Below, one piece after another: positions 17,316 to 26,120 of a stretch of 60,480 bases of DNA. Where the stretch lies: NCBI GenBank assembly GCA_045656345.1, contig JAZOQZ010000020.1, positions 1 through 60,480 of the forward strand, written 5' to 3'. Position 1 is the first letter of the stretch. The number at the start of each line of letters is the position of its first letter. The position numbers and the translations under genes were made by a program. This DNA is from Clostridia bacterium (GTDB taxonomy: Bacteria; Bacillota; Clostridia; UMGS1840). The notes under the pieces are model-generated. The model was given only the letters and a program-made list of their open reading frames with translations, was not told the DNA's origin and did not search any database.

Positions 17316-18830
17316 TTACTTTACGATTAAGGATTTTCCTGTCATTTCTTCAGGCTGAGGCAGTTCCATTAAGTCCAGCATAGTGGGACAAACGTCTGCT
17401 AAGCATCCGCCTTCAGACAGCTTCAAATCCCCTGCTCCGCAAACAATCAGCGGTACTGCATTGGTGGTATGCGCAGTTACAATTCCTTCTTCATCGGAGA
17501 ACATTAAGTCTGCATTACCGTGGTCAGCGGTGATTACTGCGATGCCACCTTTTGCCAAAATAGCTTCCACGGTTTCTTTCATACAGTCATCCACTGCTTT
17601 TACCGCTTTGGCAGCCGCATCGAAATCACCGGTGTGGCCAACCATATCACAGTTTGCATAGTTTAAGATAATCACATCATATTTGTCGGAATTGATGCGG
17701 TTTAACACTTCGTCTTTTACTTCGAATGCAGACATTTCGGGCTGCAGATCGTAGGTTGCAACTTTGGGAGATGCGATTAACGCTCTGTCTTCACCGTTAA
17801 ATTCTGCTTCCACGCCACCGTTAAAGAAGAAGGTAACGTGAGCATATTTTTCGGTTTCTGCAATTCTTAACTGTTTTAAACCTTTATCGGAAATGTATTC
17901 ACCAAAGGTGTTTTTTAAACTCTGGGGTTTATATGCAACGGATACGTTAGGCATGGTTGCATCGTACTGAGTCATACAAACGTAGAACAAGGGGAAGAAT
18001 TCACGAGCAAAACCGTCAAACGCTTCATCCACGAAGGTACGGGTGATTTCTCTTGCTCTGTCAGGACGGAAGTTAAAGAAAATTAAGCTGTCGCCTGCGG
18101 AAACGGTTTTTGCACCGTCAATCACGGTGGGCAGAACGAACTCGTCCACCACTTCGTTTGCATAGGATGCGATGATTGCTTCTTCTGCGGAAGATGCAGT
18201 TTCACCAACGCCTTTTACCATCGCGCTGTATGCTTTTTCCACACGTTCCCAACGGTTATCACGGTCCATTGCGTAGTATCTGCCCATAATGGTGGCAATT
18301 TTACCTACGCCGATTTTTTTCATTTCGTCTTCCAACTGTGCTAAATATTCTTTTGCGGAAGAAGGCGGAACGTCACGTCCGTCTAAGAAGCAATGTACAT
18401 ACACTTCACTTAAACCGTTTTTCTTTGCCATTTCCAAGAGACCGTATAAGTGGGTGTTGTGGCTATGCACACCACCGTCGGACAGTAAGCCCATCAGATG
18501 CAGTGCGGTGCCATTTTTCTTGCAGTTTTCAACTGCAGAGAGAAGCACATCATTGCTAAAGAAATCGCCGTCTTTGATGGCTTTGGTGATACGGGTTAAT
18601 TCCTGATATACGATTCTGCCTGCGCCGATATTGGTGTGACCAACTTCGGAGTTCCCCATCTGACCATCGGGCAGACCAACTGCCATACCGCTGGCATCAA
18701 TTAACGTGTTGGGATATTTTTCCAATAAGGAATCAATGTATTTATCGGGAACGGCTTTGATGGCGTTACCCTTTTCTTCGGGGTTGTAGCCGTAACCGTC
18801 CATAATCAGTAATGCAATAGGTTTTTTCAT
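17316..18830 (-). CDS. gpmI: 2,3-bisphosphoglycerate-independent phosphoglycerate mutase
   Basis: Trimmed to MKKPIALLIMDGYGYN behind GAAAGGAAAA. Contains MGNSEVGHTNIGAGR and ADHGNA motifs. Confidence 0.95.
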   Translation of the reverse strand: MKKPIALLIMDGYGYNPEEKGNAIKAVPDKYIDSLLEKYPNTLIDASGMAVGLPDGQMGNSEVGHTNIGAGRIVYQELTRITKAIKDGDFFSNDVLLSAVENCKKNGTALHLMGLLSDGGVHSHNTHLYGLLEMAKKNGLSEVYVHCFLDGRDVPPSSAKEYLAQLEDEMKKIGVGKIATIMGRYYAMDRDNRWERVEKAYSAMVKGVGETASSAEEAIIASYANEVVDEFVLPTVIDGAKTVSAGDSLIFFNFRPDRAREITRTFVDEAFDGFAREFFPLFYVCMTQYDATMPNVSVAYKPQSLKNTFGEYISDKGLKQLRIAETEKYAHVTFFFNGGVEAEFNGEDRALIASPKVATYDLQPEMSAFEVKDEVLNRINSDKYDVIILNYANCDMVGHTGDFDAAAKAVKAVDDCMKETVEAILAKGGIAVITADHGNADLMFSDEEGIVTAHTTNAVPLIVCGAGDLKLSEGGCLADVCPTMLDLMELPQPEEMTGKSLIVK

Positions 18831-19105
18831 ACCGTTTTCCTTTCTCTTGGAAAATGGCAAGTGCTTTTTGATATCACTTGCCATTTTCTGGGATTGTCCA
18901 CTATTTTTTACGATATTTACCATCCCGTATCAGATTACGGGACGATTTATGCCCCGCAGGGGGCAAAACGATTCCAAAGCGGAAATTTTCAGCAAGAGAA
19001 GGCAAAAACGCAGCAAATACTTTGTGTATTTGCGAGCATTTTAACGCACCATTGCGTAAAATTTACCTTTGGAATCCATAAATAAGTTCCGTCTTCTGAT
19101 ACGAA

Positions 19106-19858
19106 CTATTTACAAGCATTAATAATGGTGGTGAAGTCTTCGCCTTTTAAGGAAGCACCGCCGATTAAGCCGCCGTCAATGTTGGGCATAGCCAAGAGTC
19201 CTGCTGCATTTTTTGCATTCATGCTGCCGCCGTATAAGATTTTCACAACATCAGCAACGTCTGCGGAATACAAGTCTTTTAAGCATTCACGGATGAATGC
19301 ACAAACTTCTTCTGCCTGTTCATCAGTTGCGGTTTTGCCGGTACCGATTGCCCAGATGGGTTCGTAAGCAACAACCACTTTTTTCGCATCGTCACAAGAA
19401 ATACCAGCGAACGCTTTAATTACCTGATCTTTAATTAAATCGTTGGTGATGCCTTTTTCGCGGTCTTCTAATTTTTCACCCACGCAAACTACGGGGATGA
19501 TGTTTTTTTCTAATGCTTTGATGGTTTTTTTGTTCACGGTTTCATCGGTTTCTGCAAAGTATTCTCTTCTTTCGGAGTGACCGATTACAACGTAGGTAAC
19601 ACCTAAGTCCAACAGCATATCTGCGCTTACTTCACCGGTGTATGCACCGCTTTCCATAAAATGCAGATTCTGTGCACCGATGTTTAACTTGGTGCCTTTT
19701 GCAGCTTCCACAGCGTTTGCGATACAAACGAAGGGAACGCAAGCCAAAACGTCACAGTTTGCACCGTCCACAGCCGCTTTGAAAGAGTTGATCAGTTCAG
19801 CGGTTTCGGAAGGTTTTTTATTCATTTTCCAGTTGCCTGCAATCAATTTAGTTCTCAT
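19106..19858 (-). CDS. tpiA: Triosephosphate isomerase
   Basis: 250 aa with GNWKMN, IGHSERR and AYEPIWAIGTG motifs. Confidence 0.97.
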   Translation of the reverse strand: MRTKLIAGNWKMNKKPSETAELINSFKAAVDGANCDVLACVPFVCIANAVEAAKGTKLNIGAQNLHFMESGAYTGEVSADMLLDLGVTYVVIGHSERREYFAETDETVNKKTIKALEKNIIPVVCVGEKLEDREKGITNDLIKDQVIKAFAGISCDDAKKVVVAYEPIWAIGTGKTATDEQAEEVCAFIRECLKDLYSADVADVVKILYGGSMNAKNAAGLLAMPNIDGGLIGGASLKGEDFTTIINACK

Positions 19859-19917
19859 TGTATAAATCTCACTTTCTATAAATTATGCTGTACGCAATTA
19901 ACGCCGTACGCAGTACC

Positions 19918-21099
19918 TTATTTATCGTTTAAGCAATCAATGCCGGGCAGAACGATACCTTCCAAGAATTCCAAGGAAGCGCCGCCACCGGTAGAAATGT
20001 GGGTAACTTTATCGCCAAAGCCGAACTGTTCCACAGCTGCTGCAGAGTCACCGCCGCCGATGATGGAGATGGAATCGGAAGCTGCGATTGCTTCTGCCAC
20101 GGAGATGGTACCTTTTGCAAAGTTGGACATTTCAAATACGCCCATAGGTCCGTTCCAGATAACGGTTTTTGCATTTTTCACAACGTCGGAGAATAATGCG
20201 ATGGTTTTTTCGCCAATGTCCAGACCTTCCCAGTCAGAGGGGATTGCTTTGGAATCAACGGTTTTGAAGTTTGCATCGTTGGAGAATGCGTCTGCAACAA
20301 CAGTGTCAACAGGCAGATACATTTTTACGCCTTTTGCTTCTGCTTTTGCCAGCAGTTCTTTCGCTAAGTCTAATTTATCGTTTTCGCAGATGGATTTACC
20401 GATTTCATAACCCTGTGCTTTTAAGAAGGTGTATGCCATACCGCCGCCGATGATTAAAGAATCAACTTTTTCAATCAGGTTGTTGATAACGCCGATTTTA
20501 TCGGAAACTTTTGCACCGCCCAAGATTGCAACGAAAGGTCTTTCGGGGTTGGATAATGCTTTACCCATGATGTCGATTTCTTTCTGAATCAGGTAACCGC
20601 AAACTGCAGGTAAGTAATCAGCAACACCTGCGGTGGAAGCGTGTGCTCTGTGTGCGGTACCGAATGCATCGTTTACATAAACTTCTGCTAAAGAAGCTAA
20701 TGCTTTTGCAAATTCGGGATCGTTCTTTTCTTCTTCTTTATGGAAACGAACGTTTTCCAAGCAGATCACATCGCCGTCTTTCATATCTGCAACCAATGCT
20801 TTTGCGCTGTCACCGATAACGTCTTCCGCTAATTTTACTTCTTTGCCTAAGATTTCAGATAATCTTTTGGTAACGGGAGAGAGGCTATATTTCATATTGA
20901 ATTCGCCCTTGGGTCTTCCCATATGAGAACACAGAATTACTTTTGCGCCCTGGCCCATTAAGTATTTAATGGTGGGCAGTGCACCGTTGATTCTGTTTTC
21001 GTCGGTGATATTTTTGTTTTCATCCAGGGGAACGTTGAAGTCGCAACGAACCAGGACTTTTTTGCCTGCTACCTGAATATCTTCAATAGTCTTTTTCAT
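19918..21099 (-). CDS. pgk: Phosphoglycerate kinase
   Basis: Trimmed to [25 protein letters not shown] behind [15 protein letters not shown] and [14 protein letters not shown] present. Confidence 0.96.
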   Translation of the reverse strand: MKKTIEDIQVAGKKVLVRCDFNVPLDENKNITDENRINGALPTIKYLMGQGAKVILCSHMGRPKGEFNMKYSLSPVTKRLSEILGKEVKLAEDVIGDSAKALVADMKDGDVICLENVRFHKEEEKNDPEFAKALASLAEVYVNDAFGTAHRAHASTAGVADYLPAVCGYLIQKEIDIMGKALSNPERPFVAILGGAKVSDKIGVINNLIEKVDSLIIGGGMAYTFLKAQGYEIGKSICENDKLDLAKELLAKAEAKGVKMYLPVDTVVADAFSNDANFKTVDSKAIPSDWEGLDIGEKTIALFSDVVKNAKTVIWNGPMGVFEMSNFAKGTISVAEAIAASDSISIIGGGDSAAAVEQFGFGDKVTHISTGGGASLEFLEGIVLPGIDCLNDK

Positions 21100-21380
21100 G
21101 AGAGTATGTCTCCTTCTGTTATATAATATAATTTTTATACATCGCAAAACGGACAGACAAAATCTGCCATATACTATATTACTACATTTTTTCCTGATTT
21201 TCAAGTAGAATTTTTAATTTTTTTAAATTTTGTTACCATTTTATCAATATTTTGCAGGGAAGCCTCAAAAATTATACAAAATCCCCGAAAATCAGGTTCG
21301 TATTTTTACACCTTTTCTATTGATTTTTTTGGCAGAATCTGCTATAATGAAACCAACTATATTTTCAGTAAGAGGATGCT

Positions 21381-22355
21381 ATGAGAAAATTCACCGTAAA
21401 CCGCAACGATGCGGGCTTAAGGCTTGATAAATTCATTAAAAAAGTGCTGAAATTTGCACCTGATTCGCTCATCTATAAATACCTTCGGAAAAAGCGGATT
21501 AAGGTGAACGGCAAAAAGGAAGAAATCTCCTATAAGTTAACCGAAGGAGATGTGCTGGAATTTTATGTGAATGACGAGCTGTTTTTTGATGCGAAAGAAA
21601 ACGAAAATTCTTTCTTAAAAATCAAACCCGACTTAGATATTGTGTATGAAGATGAGAACATTATGCTTCTTCACAAAAAGGTGGGGGTTGTGGTACATAC
21701 CGACGAGAAGGAAAATTTCAACACCTTAATTTCTCATATTTTGTCTTACTTATATCAAAAAGGAGAATACAATCCCGACGAGGAATTATCCTTCCGCCCT
21801 GCTCTTTGTAACCGTATCGACCGAAACACAGGCGGCATTGTGATTGCCGCTAAGAATGCTACGGCACTTCGGGCGGTAAACGAAGCCATCAAGCAAAACG
21901 AAACCGAGAAGAAATACCTGTGTCTGGTAAACGGCATCTTGCCAAAAAAAGAACAAACCATGACCGCTTATCACTATAAAGACGAAGTGAAAAAACAAGT
22001 CTATGTGTCCGACCGCAAAAAAGAAGGCTACAAGGAAATGATTACCAAATATCGGGTGCTAAAGGAAACCGACTTACACTCTTGCCCCGTGTCTTTGGTG
22101 GAGGTTCATTTAATCACGGGCAGAACCCATCAGATTCGTGCCCATTTTGCCCATATCGGGCACCCCTTAATCGGAGACGGAAAGTACGGCAGAAATGAAA
22201 TCAACAAAAAATTCAATGCCAAGTACCAGTATCTTTATGCCTACCGTTTCCGTTTCACCTTAAAAGACAAAGAAAATCCGCTGTATTACTTAAACGGACG
22301 GATTTTTGAAATTGATAAAATCCCCTTCTTAGAATGGGAAGGATTAAAAAAATAA
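21381..22355 (+). CDS. RluA-family 23S rRNA pseudouridine synthase (RluC/RluD-like, S4 domain)
   Basis: 324 aa with an N-terminal S4-like RLDKF..., the NRIDRNTGG (HRLD-type) motif and the TGRTHQIRAH motif. Confidence 0.9.
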   Translation: MRKFTVNRNDAGLRLDKFIKKVLKFAPDSLIYKYLRKKRIKVNGKKEEISYKLTEGDVLEFYVNDELFFDAKENENSFLKIKPDLDIVYEDENIMLLHKKVGVVVHTDEKENFNTLISHILSYLYQKGEYNPDEELSFRPALCNRIDRNTGGIVIAAKNATALRAVNEAIKQNETEKKYLCLVNGILPKKEQTMTAYHYKDEVKKQVYVSDRKKEGYKEMITKYRVLKETDLHSCPVSLVEVHLITGRTHQIRAHFAHIGHPLIGDGKYGRNEINKKFNAKYQYLYAYRFRFTLKDKENPLYYLNGRIFEIDKIPFLEWEGLKK

Positions 22356-22369
22356 GGAATTCTTTTGTT

Positions 22370-23074
22370 ATGTTAGAACGTTTACAGGATTATTTAATCA
22401 AGCAGAATATCACCCCGACGGATGAAATGATGAACCGCTTTCAGAAGTTCTCGGATATGTTAAGAGAATGGAATGAAAAAATCAACTTAACCGCTATCAC
22501 GGAACCCGAGGAAATTGAGTTAAAGCATTTTATCGACAGCCTGACCATTTTGGAAACAGGAAAAGTGCAGGGTTCGGTGATTGACATCGGTTGCGGTGCA
22601 GGATTCCCCTCCTTCCCGTTAAAAATCGCACGTCCCGATTTAGAGGTCACTTTACTGGATTCGCTCAACAAAAGAGTGCTCTTCCAGAACGAAGTCATCA
22701 AGGAATTAAACCTTACCAACGTACACACCGTTCACTCCCGCGGAGAAGACGGCGGCAAAAATCCCGACTTAAGAGAACAGTTTGATATTGCCACTGCAAG
22801 AGCAGTTTCCTCTCTTCCCTCGCTGATTGAACTGTGTATCCCCTTTGTGAAGGTGGGCGGATATTTCATCGCCTTAAAAGGCTCCAGCGTGGAAGAAGAA
22901 ATCGCTGCCTCTAAAAAAGCATTAAAAGAACTGAACGCAGAAATTGAAACGGTGCTTTCCTTTACGCTTCCCCACTCGGAAGATAAGCGAAACATCGTGG
23001 TGATAAAAAAACTGGCAAAAACCTTGCCGAAATACCCCCGAAACGCCCCGAAACCTATCAAGCAACCGCTATAA
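22370..23074 (+). CDS. rsmG: 16S rRNA (guanine527-N7)-methyltransferase
   Basis: Trimmed to MLERLQDYL... Contains KINLTAI, HFIDSL and the DIGCGAGFPSFPLKI SAM motif. Confidence 0.9.
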   Translation: MLERLQDYLIKQNITPTDEMMNRFQKFSDMLREWNEKINLTAITEPEEIELKHFIDSLTILETGKVQGSVIDIGCGAGFPSFPLKIARPDLEVTLLDSLNKRVLFQNEVIKELNLTNVHTVHSRGEDGGKNPDLREQFDIATARAVSSLPSLIELCIPFVKVGGYFIALKGSSVEEEIAASKKALKELNAEIETVLSFTLPHSEDKRNIVVIKKLAKTLPKYPRNAPKPIKQPL

Positions 23075-23088
23075 GAAAGGACTTTACC

Positions 23089-24570
23089 ATGTTTATTGAT
23101 ATTAAAAACAGACGAGAAGTGTTCTGGGAAGATTCTATGATTATTCCCGAACACACCACCGCAGAGCTAAAGCTTCATAACCCCATCAAAAAAGAACACA
23201 TTTTCACTTTTGATGCTCCCTGGGAGGCGGCAGGCGTTGGCTATGTGATTACCGTGAAAGACGGTGATTTATTCCGGATGTATTATGTGTGCGATGTTCC
23301 TGCAACCTTCGGAGTGTATTCCACCCGTGTGGTTTGTATGATGGAGTCTCATGATGGCAGAAACTGGATTCGCCCCAACCTTGGTCTGCACGAATGCAAC
23401 GGCAGCAAAGAAAACAATATCATTTTAGTGGCTCAAAAAAGCGAAACCTTAGAAGAACCTTTTGACAATTTTTTTGTGTTTATTGATGAAAATCCCGATT
23501 GCAAACCGGAAGAAAAATTCAAAGCCTTAGCTCTTTGCCGCAACTTAGAGGAAAAAGAACACATTCACTGGTTAAGCCCCCGTGAACTGTGGTTATACAC
23601 TTCTGCCGACGGCATTCATTTTGAAAGAAACCGCTTAGTGGTGGATTCCGACTTTGTGGGCAGAGGCGGATTTGACAGCATCAACACCGCCTGGTGGGAC
23701 AAGGATGATCAGAAATATCACTGCTTTGTGCGTGTGTTTATGAAAGACCGCGTTCGGGACATTAAATATATGCAGTCCACCGACTTTCAAAACTGGTCCG
23801 AACCCATCCTCTTAAACTACGGCGAAAGCGAAGAATATGAGTTATACACCAACCACATTATGAAATATTACCGTGCACCTCATATGTTTATCGGCTTCCC
23901 CGAACGGTATATCGAAAGACCTTCCCTTGGCAAAAACTTTGAGCAGATGAATGGCGAGGAAGGGGCGCGCTTACGAAAAGAACGTGCCGAAAATTTATCC
24001 CTCCGTATCGGTACCGCTGTGACGGAAGGCATCTTTATGTGCTCCCGTGACGGCTTAAACTGGAAACGCTATGACGATATGTTTTTCCCATTGCAGCAGG
24101 AACACACTCATAACTGGGCATACGGGGATTACAGTTGCCCTATGTACCCCTTGTTGGAAACTGATATGCCTGCCCCCTGGGACGGCAAAGAAATCTCCTT
24201 CTATGTGCCGGAGGGTTCCTTCTCCCCCAATCCTCATAAATTATACCGTCACAGTATCCGTTTAGACGGTTTTGCTTCCTATCACGCAGACTATGAGGTG
24301 AAGCAGGTAACCACCAAATCCATCCTGTTCACAGGAAATGAGTTGCACTTAAACTTCTCCACCTCCGCACTTGGCTGGATTTATGTGGATGTGTTAGACG
24401 CTAATAATAAACCTTTAGAAGAGTGGCACAGCTGCGAATTATTTGGCAACACTACCGACAGAACAGTGTACTTTGGCGACAGCAAAGACGTATCGTGCTT
24501 ACAGGGCAAAGTAATCCGTTTGCGCTTTACCATGCGCCAGGCAGATATTTACTCCTACAAATTTGAATAA
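23089..24570 (+). CDS. Uncharacterised cytoplasmic protein, putative beta-propeller glycosidase-like fold, paralog 1
   Basis: 493 aa, no signal peptide. Recurrent SxDGxxW/F-like motifs (ESHDGRNW, SADGIHF, STDFQNW, SRDGLNW). The C-terminal ~100 aa looks like a beta-sandwich. I cannot name the family. Confidence 0.85.
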   Translation: MFIDIKNRREVFWEDSMIIPEHTTAELKLHNPIKKEHIFTFDAPWEAAGVGYVITVKDGDLFRMYYVCDVPATFGVYSTRVVCMMESHDGRNWIRPNLGLHECNGSKENNIILVAQKSETLEEPFDNFFVFIDENPDCKPEEKFKALALCRNLEEKEHIHWLSPRELWLYTSADGIHFERNRLVVDSDFVGRGGFDSINTAWWDKDDQKYHCFVRVFMKDRVRDIKYMQSTDFQNWSEPILLNYGESEEYELYTNHIMKYYRAPHMFIGFPERYIERPSLGKNFEQMNGEEGARLRKERAENLSLRIGTAVTEGIFMCSRDGLNWKRYDDMFFPLQQEHTHNWAYGDYSCPMYPLLETDMPAPWDGKEISFYVPEGSFSPNPHKLYRHSIRLDGFASYHADYEVKQVTTKSILFTGNELHLNFSTSALGWIYVDVLDANNKPLEEWHSCELFGNTTDRTVYFGDSKDVSCLQGKVIRLRFTMRQADIYSYKFE

Positions 24571-24617
24571 TTGATTAAATTACTACTCATAAAAAGACAA
24601 AAAGAAAGGGACACACT

Positions 24618-26099
24618 ATGTTTATCGACATCAAAAACAGACGTGAAGTATTCTGGGAAGATTCCATGATTATTCCCGAACACACCACCGCAGAATTAAA
24701 ACTGCATCACCCCGTAAAAAAAGAATTTGCACTTGCCTTTGATGCTCCCTGGGAAGCAGCAGGCGTGGCTTATCCGATGACAGTAAAAGACGGCGACATC
24801 TACCGTATGTACTACGTTGCATCCCGCCCCAATATGCACGGGGCAGTGGGTACCCGTATCGTTTGTATGATGGAATCCACCGACTATGTCAATTGGACTC
24901 GTCCCAACGTGGGGATTCACGAATACGACGGCAGCACCGACAACAATATTATTTTAGTAAACTCTAATAACGACGATTACGGCGAACCCTTTGATAACTT
25001 CTTCGTGTTCATTGACGAAAACCCCGACTGTCTGCCTGAAGAAAAATACAAAGCCATTGCACTGTGCTACGATTACCACAAGCATAACCGTACCCATTGG
25101 CTCAGTCAGAGAGAAATGTGGTGCTACACTTCTCCTGATGGCATCCATTTCAAACGAAACTTCTTGGTAATGGATTCCGACACCGCAGTCCGTGGCGGAT
25201 TTGACAGTCAGAACGTGGCTTGGTGGGATAAAGAAGACAAAAAATATCACTGCTTTATCCGCGTGTTTATGAAAGACCGTGTGCGCGATATTAAATATAT
25301 GCACTCCACCGATTTTCGTAACTGGTCAGAACCAGTGCTCTTAAACTACGGCGAAAGCGAAGAATATCAGCTTTATACCAACGAAATTATGAAATACCCC
25401 AGAGCACCCCATATGTTTATCGGGTTCCCCATGCGCTATGTGGAAAGAACCTCTTTGGGCAAAAACTTTGAGCAGATGGGCGGCGAAGAAGGAAAACGTC
25501 TCCGCTTTGAACGTGCCGAAACCAAAGAGCTCAGAATGGGTACCGCTATTACCGACTGTCTGTTTATGTGCTCCCGTGACGGCGTAAACTGGAAACGGTA
25601 TGACGAAATGTTTTTAGAACGGGAAGAGGAACATCCCTATAACTGGTCCTACGGTGATTTTTCCACACCTGTTTATCCCTTTATTGAAACCAAAATGCCT
25701 GCTCCCTGGGAAGGAACCGAAATTTCTTTCTTTGTGCAGGAATTCGCACGTCCCGGGTTCCCGGCAACCTTATACCGCCACTGTATGCGTTTGGACGGCT
25801 TCGCTTCCTACCACGCAGATTACGACGTGAAACAGGTCACCACCAAATCCATCTTATTTACAGGAAACGAACTGCACTTAAACTTCTCCACCTCTGCACT
25901 TGGCTGGATTTATGTGGACGTGTTGGATGCCAACAACAAGCCCTTAGAAGGTTGGCACAGCTGCGAACTGTTTGGTAACACCACCGACAGAACCGTTTAT
26001 TTCGGTGATTCCAAAGATGTTTCATCGCTTCAGGGCAAAGTAATCCGTTTAAGATTCACTATGCGCAGTGCAGACATTTATTCTTACAAATTTGAATAA
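24618..26099 (+). CDS. Uncharacterised cytoplasmic protein, paralog 2 of 23089..24570
   Basis: Also exactly 493 aa. The first 30 aa are identical to paralog 1, and 99 of the last 103 aa are identical. Confidence 0.85.
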   Translation: MFIDIKNRREVFWEDSMIIPEHTTAELKLHHPVKKEFALAFDAPWEAAGVAYPMTVKDGDIYRMYYVASRPNMHGAVGTRIVCMMESTDYVNWTRPNVGIHEYDGSTDNNIILVNSNNDDYGEPFDNFFVFIDENPDCLPEEKYKAIALCYDYHKHNRTHWLSQREMWCYTSPDGIHFKRNFLVMDSDTAVRGGFDSQNVAWWDKEDKKYHCFIRVFMKDRVRDIKYMHSTDFRNWSEPVLLNYGESEEYQLYTNEIMKYPRAPHMFIGFPMRYVERTSLGKNFEQMGGEEGKRLRFERAETKELRMGTAITDCLFMCSRDGVNWKRYDEMFLEREEEHPYNWSYGDFSTPVYPFIETKMPAPWEGTEISFFVQEFARPGFPATLYRHCMRLDGFASYHADYDVKQVTTKSILFTGNELHLNFSTSALGWIYVDVLDANNKPLEGWHSCELFGNTTDRTVYFGDSKDVSSLQGKVIRLRFTMRSADIYSYKFE

Positions 26100-26120
26100 T
26101 CCAAAAAAAGGAGAAAAACC

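Noticed and set aside
15275-21204. Long N-terminal extensions given by the ORF track for purF-like (to 16804), gpmI (to 18923) and pgk (to 21204). Elsewhere, the same for DegV (29532), SASP (36299), yqeG (56144), recD2 (56412), rsmG (22334) and the cyclophilin gene (30035).
   Set aside because: In each case an internal ATG preceded by a good RBS gives the canonical family N-terminus. The extensions are AT-rich read-through of upstream intergenic DNA.
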